Assembly (NCBI GenBank): GCA_000934665.2
Contig: KZ538320.1
Span: 1-64,000, forward strand
DNA: 64,000 nt
Direction of reading: 5' to 3'
Source of the DNA: Catajapyx aquilonaris
Lineage: Eukaryota
Under the pieces are notes generated by a model. The model made no database searches and was not told the origin of the DNA. It saw nothing but the letters and a program-made list of their open reading frames with translations. The position numbers were made by a program, and so were the translations under genes. Positions within the stretch are counted from its first letter, which is position 1. The number at the start of each line of letters is the position of its first letter. This document shows positions 62,505 to 64,000 of this stretch, in pieces.

Positions 62505-64000
62505 GTTCAGTGTTGCGTGACTGAACTCGGGGATTGTCGATGGTTATCTCACCATCGATTGATCATGATAAAGGCGGTCCCCTGAACACACCAATTCTTC
62601 ATTCGACCTTTCATGATTGGAGCTGATTGGCAGCCTTGATTGGGCCTTGGCTCTCTGGCCATCTTGCAAAGCTGAAATTTCCCGGTGTGGAGCCTTTTAT
62701 CTTTGCTATCACCTGTCCATTGATAGACTTCGGTTATTGAGCATCCACCCACATACGATAAAATGTGGTAGTCTTATCCCCCTAAGCGAATCTAAGCGTA
62801 TAACCTTTATTATAATACCTTACATTCCTGTTTTTCATTTTAACGATAATAATTTTCATATAACGAAGGTTAAGGATTCCATATAGCCTGTCACGACCTG
62901 ACCTAATATTAGGTGCGCAAAAACTGGCCTTCAAGTAAAATAATACCATTAGAAAACTACTAATTACGTAGACAATAAGTGCGAACAATAAGTATTGAGT
63001 GAAATAATCATTCAAAATTTTAAATACAAATGTACGTACATAAATGTCATTGCTCTAATGAACATAAGAATAGTGATAAATAACAATTTTTAAATTAGTG
63101 AACCCAATATGATAAGCAAGTAGTAACTTAACCTCAATATACAAAGCATAGCTGAGGAACTAATAACCGCAAGATATACGATATATCTTAGGAAATATTT
63201 CGAATTTTACTTTCACGCCATAAAATGCAATACATAAATTTATGATCATTATTGTAAAATAACGTGTAAAAGGAATAAATAAATAAATAAATACATTTAT
63301 AAATAAATATTACGTAGCGAACTGGTTATATGAGTAACATATACAGTTACTGTTGACACTATTTAAGTCACTTCCTCTTTTACAAGGTGTGCAAAAACCG
63401 AAGTGTATCCTTATCCGTCATGGGGAAGAGGCGGGTTGGAACAGGGCCACCAGGACATTAAACCCTCATCCTCACCCATACCTCCCTCACCTCTCCCAAT
63501 CTCTGATTCGGCAGACAAAACCTGGCCTAACATTATAATCGGGTGTTTGGGTGTTGTTAGGCTTTCACGACGGTTTCATAGGTCGTATATCCGGGGGATT
63601 TGCAACGAGCTTGGCCCAACGACTTGGTCTCCTCTAAACCTCCCCTCCCGTGGATATAACCCGAACCCCAACACATAAGCTTCCACGGGGTTTTTGTCCT
63701 CTGCCACCCCCTCTACACTCTCCACTCGCAAAAAAATTGCATACTCGAGCCGAAAAAGCTTGGCAAGGGCTTAGTCAGTGTGAATTTTTGACGGGAAAAA
63801 ATTCTGCAATCTTCGATGGTTGATCCGCATGTGCTCGTAGAGTAGGAAAGTTTCGGTGCTCGTAATTCCCGAATGTGCCGAAACAGGACTGAAACAAAAG
63901 GGGGGGCAGGTTAGAAAGGGGGTTGGAAAATGGCCTCCAATTCTGCGAACAATGCGAGCTGGAATTATAGCAATTTTGCACCCGCACAATACAGTGGGTG

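Noticed and set aside
62793..62812. TAAGCGTATA resembling the 5' end of miR-965
   Set aside because: Only about 10 nt match my recollection of the mature sequence, and there is no precursor hairpin.

Overview
This window looks like animal genomic DNA, most likely from an insect; that is inferred from a Talua/Lm1-like tRNA SINE and TA-flanked CAGGGTG MITEs. It is almost entirely non-coding. I found no prokaryotic genes, CRISPR array, rRNA or intact tRNA, and nearly all ORFs in the supplied track look spurious. It reads best as part of a very long + strand intron. There is a textbook recursive-splicing ('ratchet') signal at 29366-29400, and the only plausible exons are near the end (62171/62325-62386 and 62460 onward, joined by a 73-nt GT-AG intron; gene not identified). 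The rest holds many short non-autonomous DNA transposons (Tc1/mariner-, hAT- and Kolobok-like MITEs, some nested or rearranged), a SINE, a mariner transposase relic and a 12/24-bp minisatellite. The most unusual recurrent element is a dispersed 110-150 bp cassette (about 7 copies plus 2 fragments). It keeps a fixed motif order: TGGCAACACTG, TGGACGTAGT, a CTCF-like AGRTGGCGC core, TGA(C/G)TCA, then CGGACAAACAGAGGC, while the spacers diverge. Twice it occurs as convergent pairs about 1.1 kb apart. All calls are by eye, so element boundaries may be off by a few bases.
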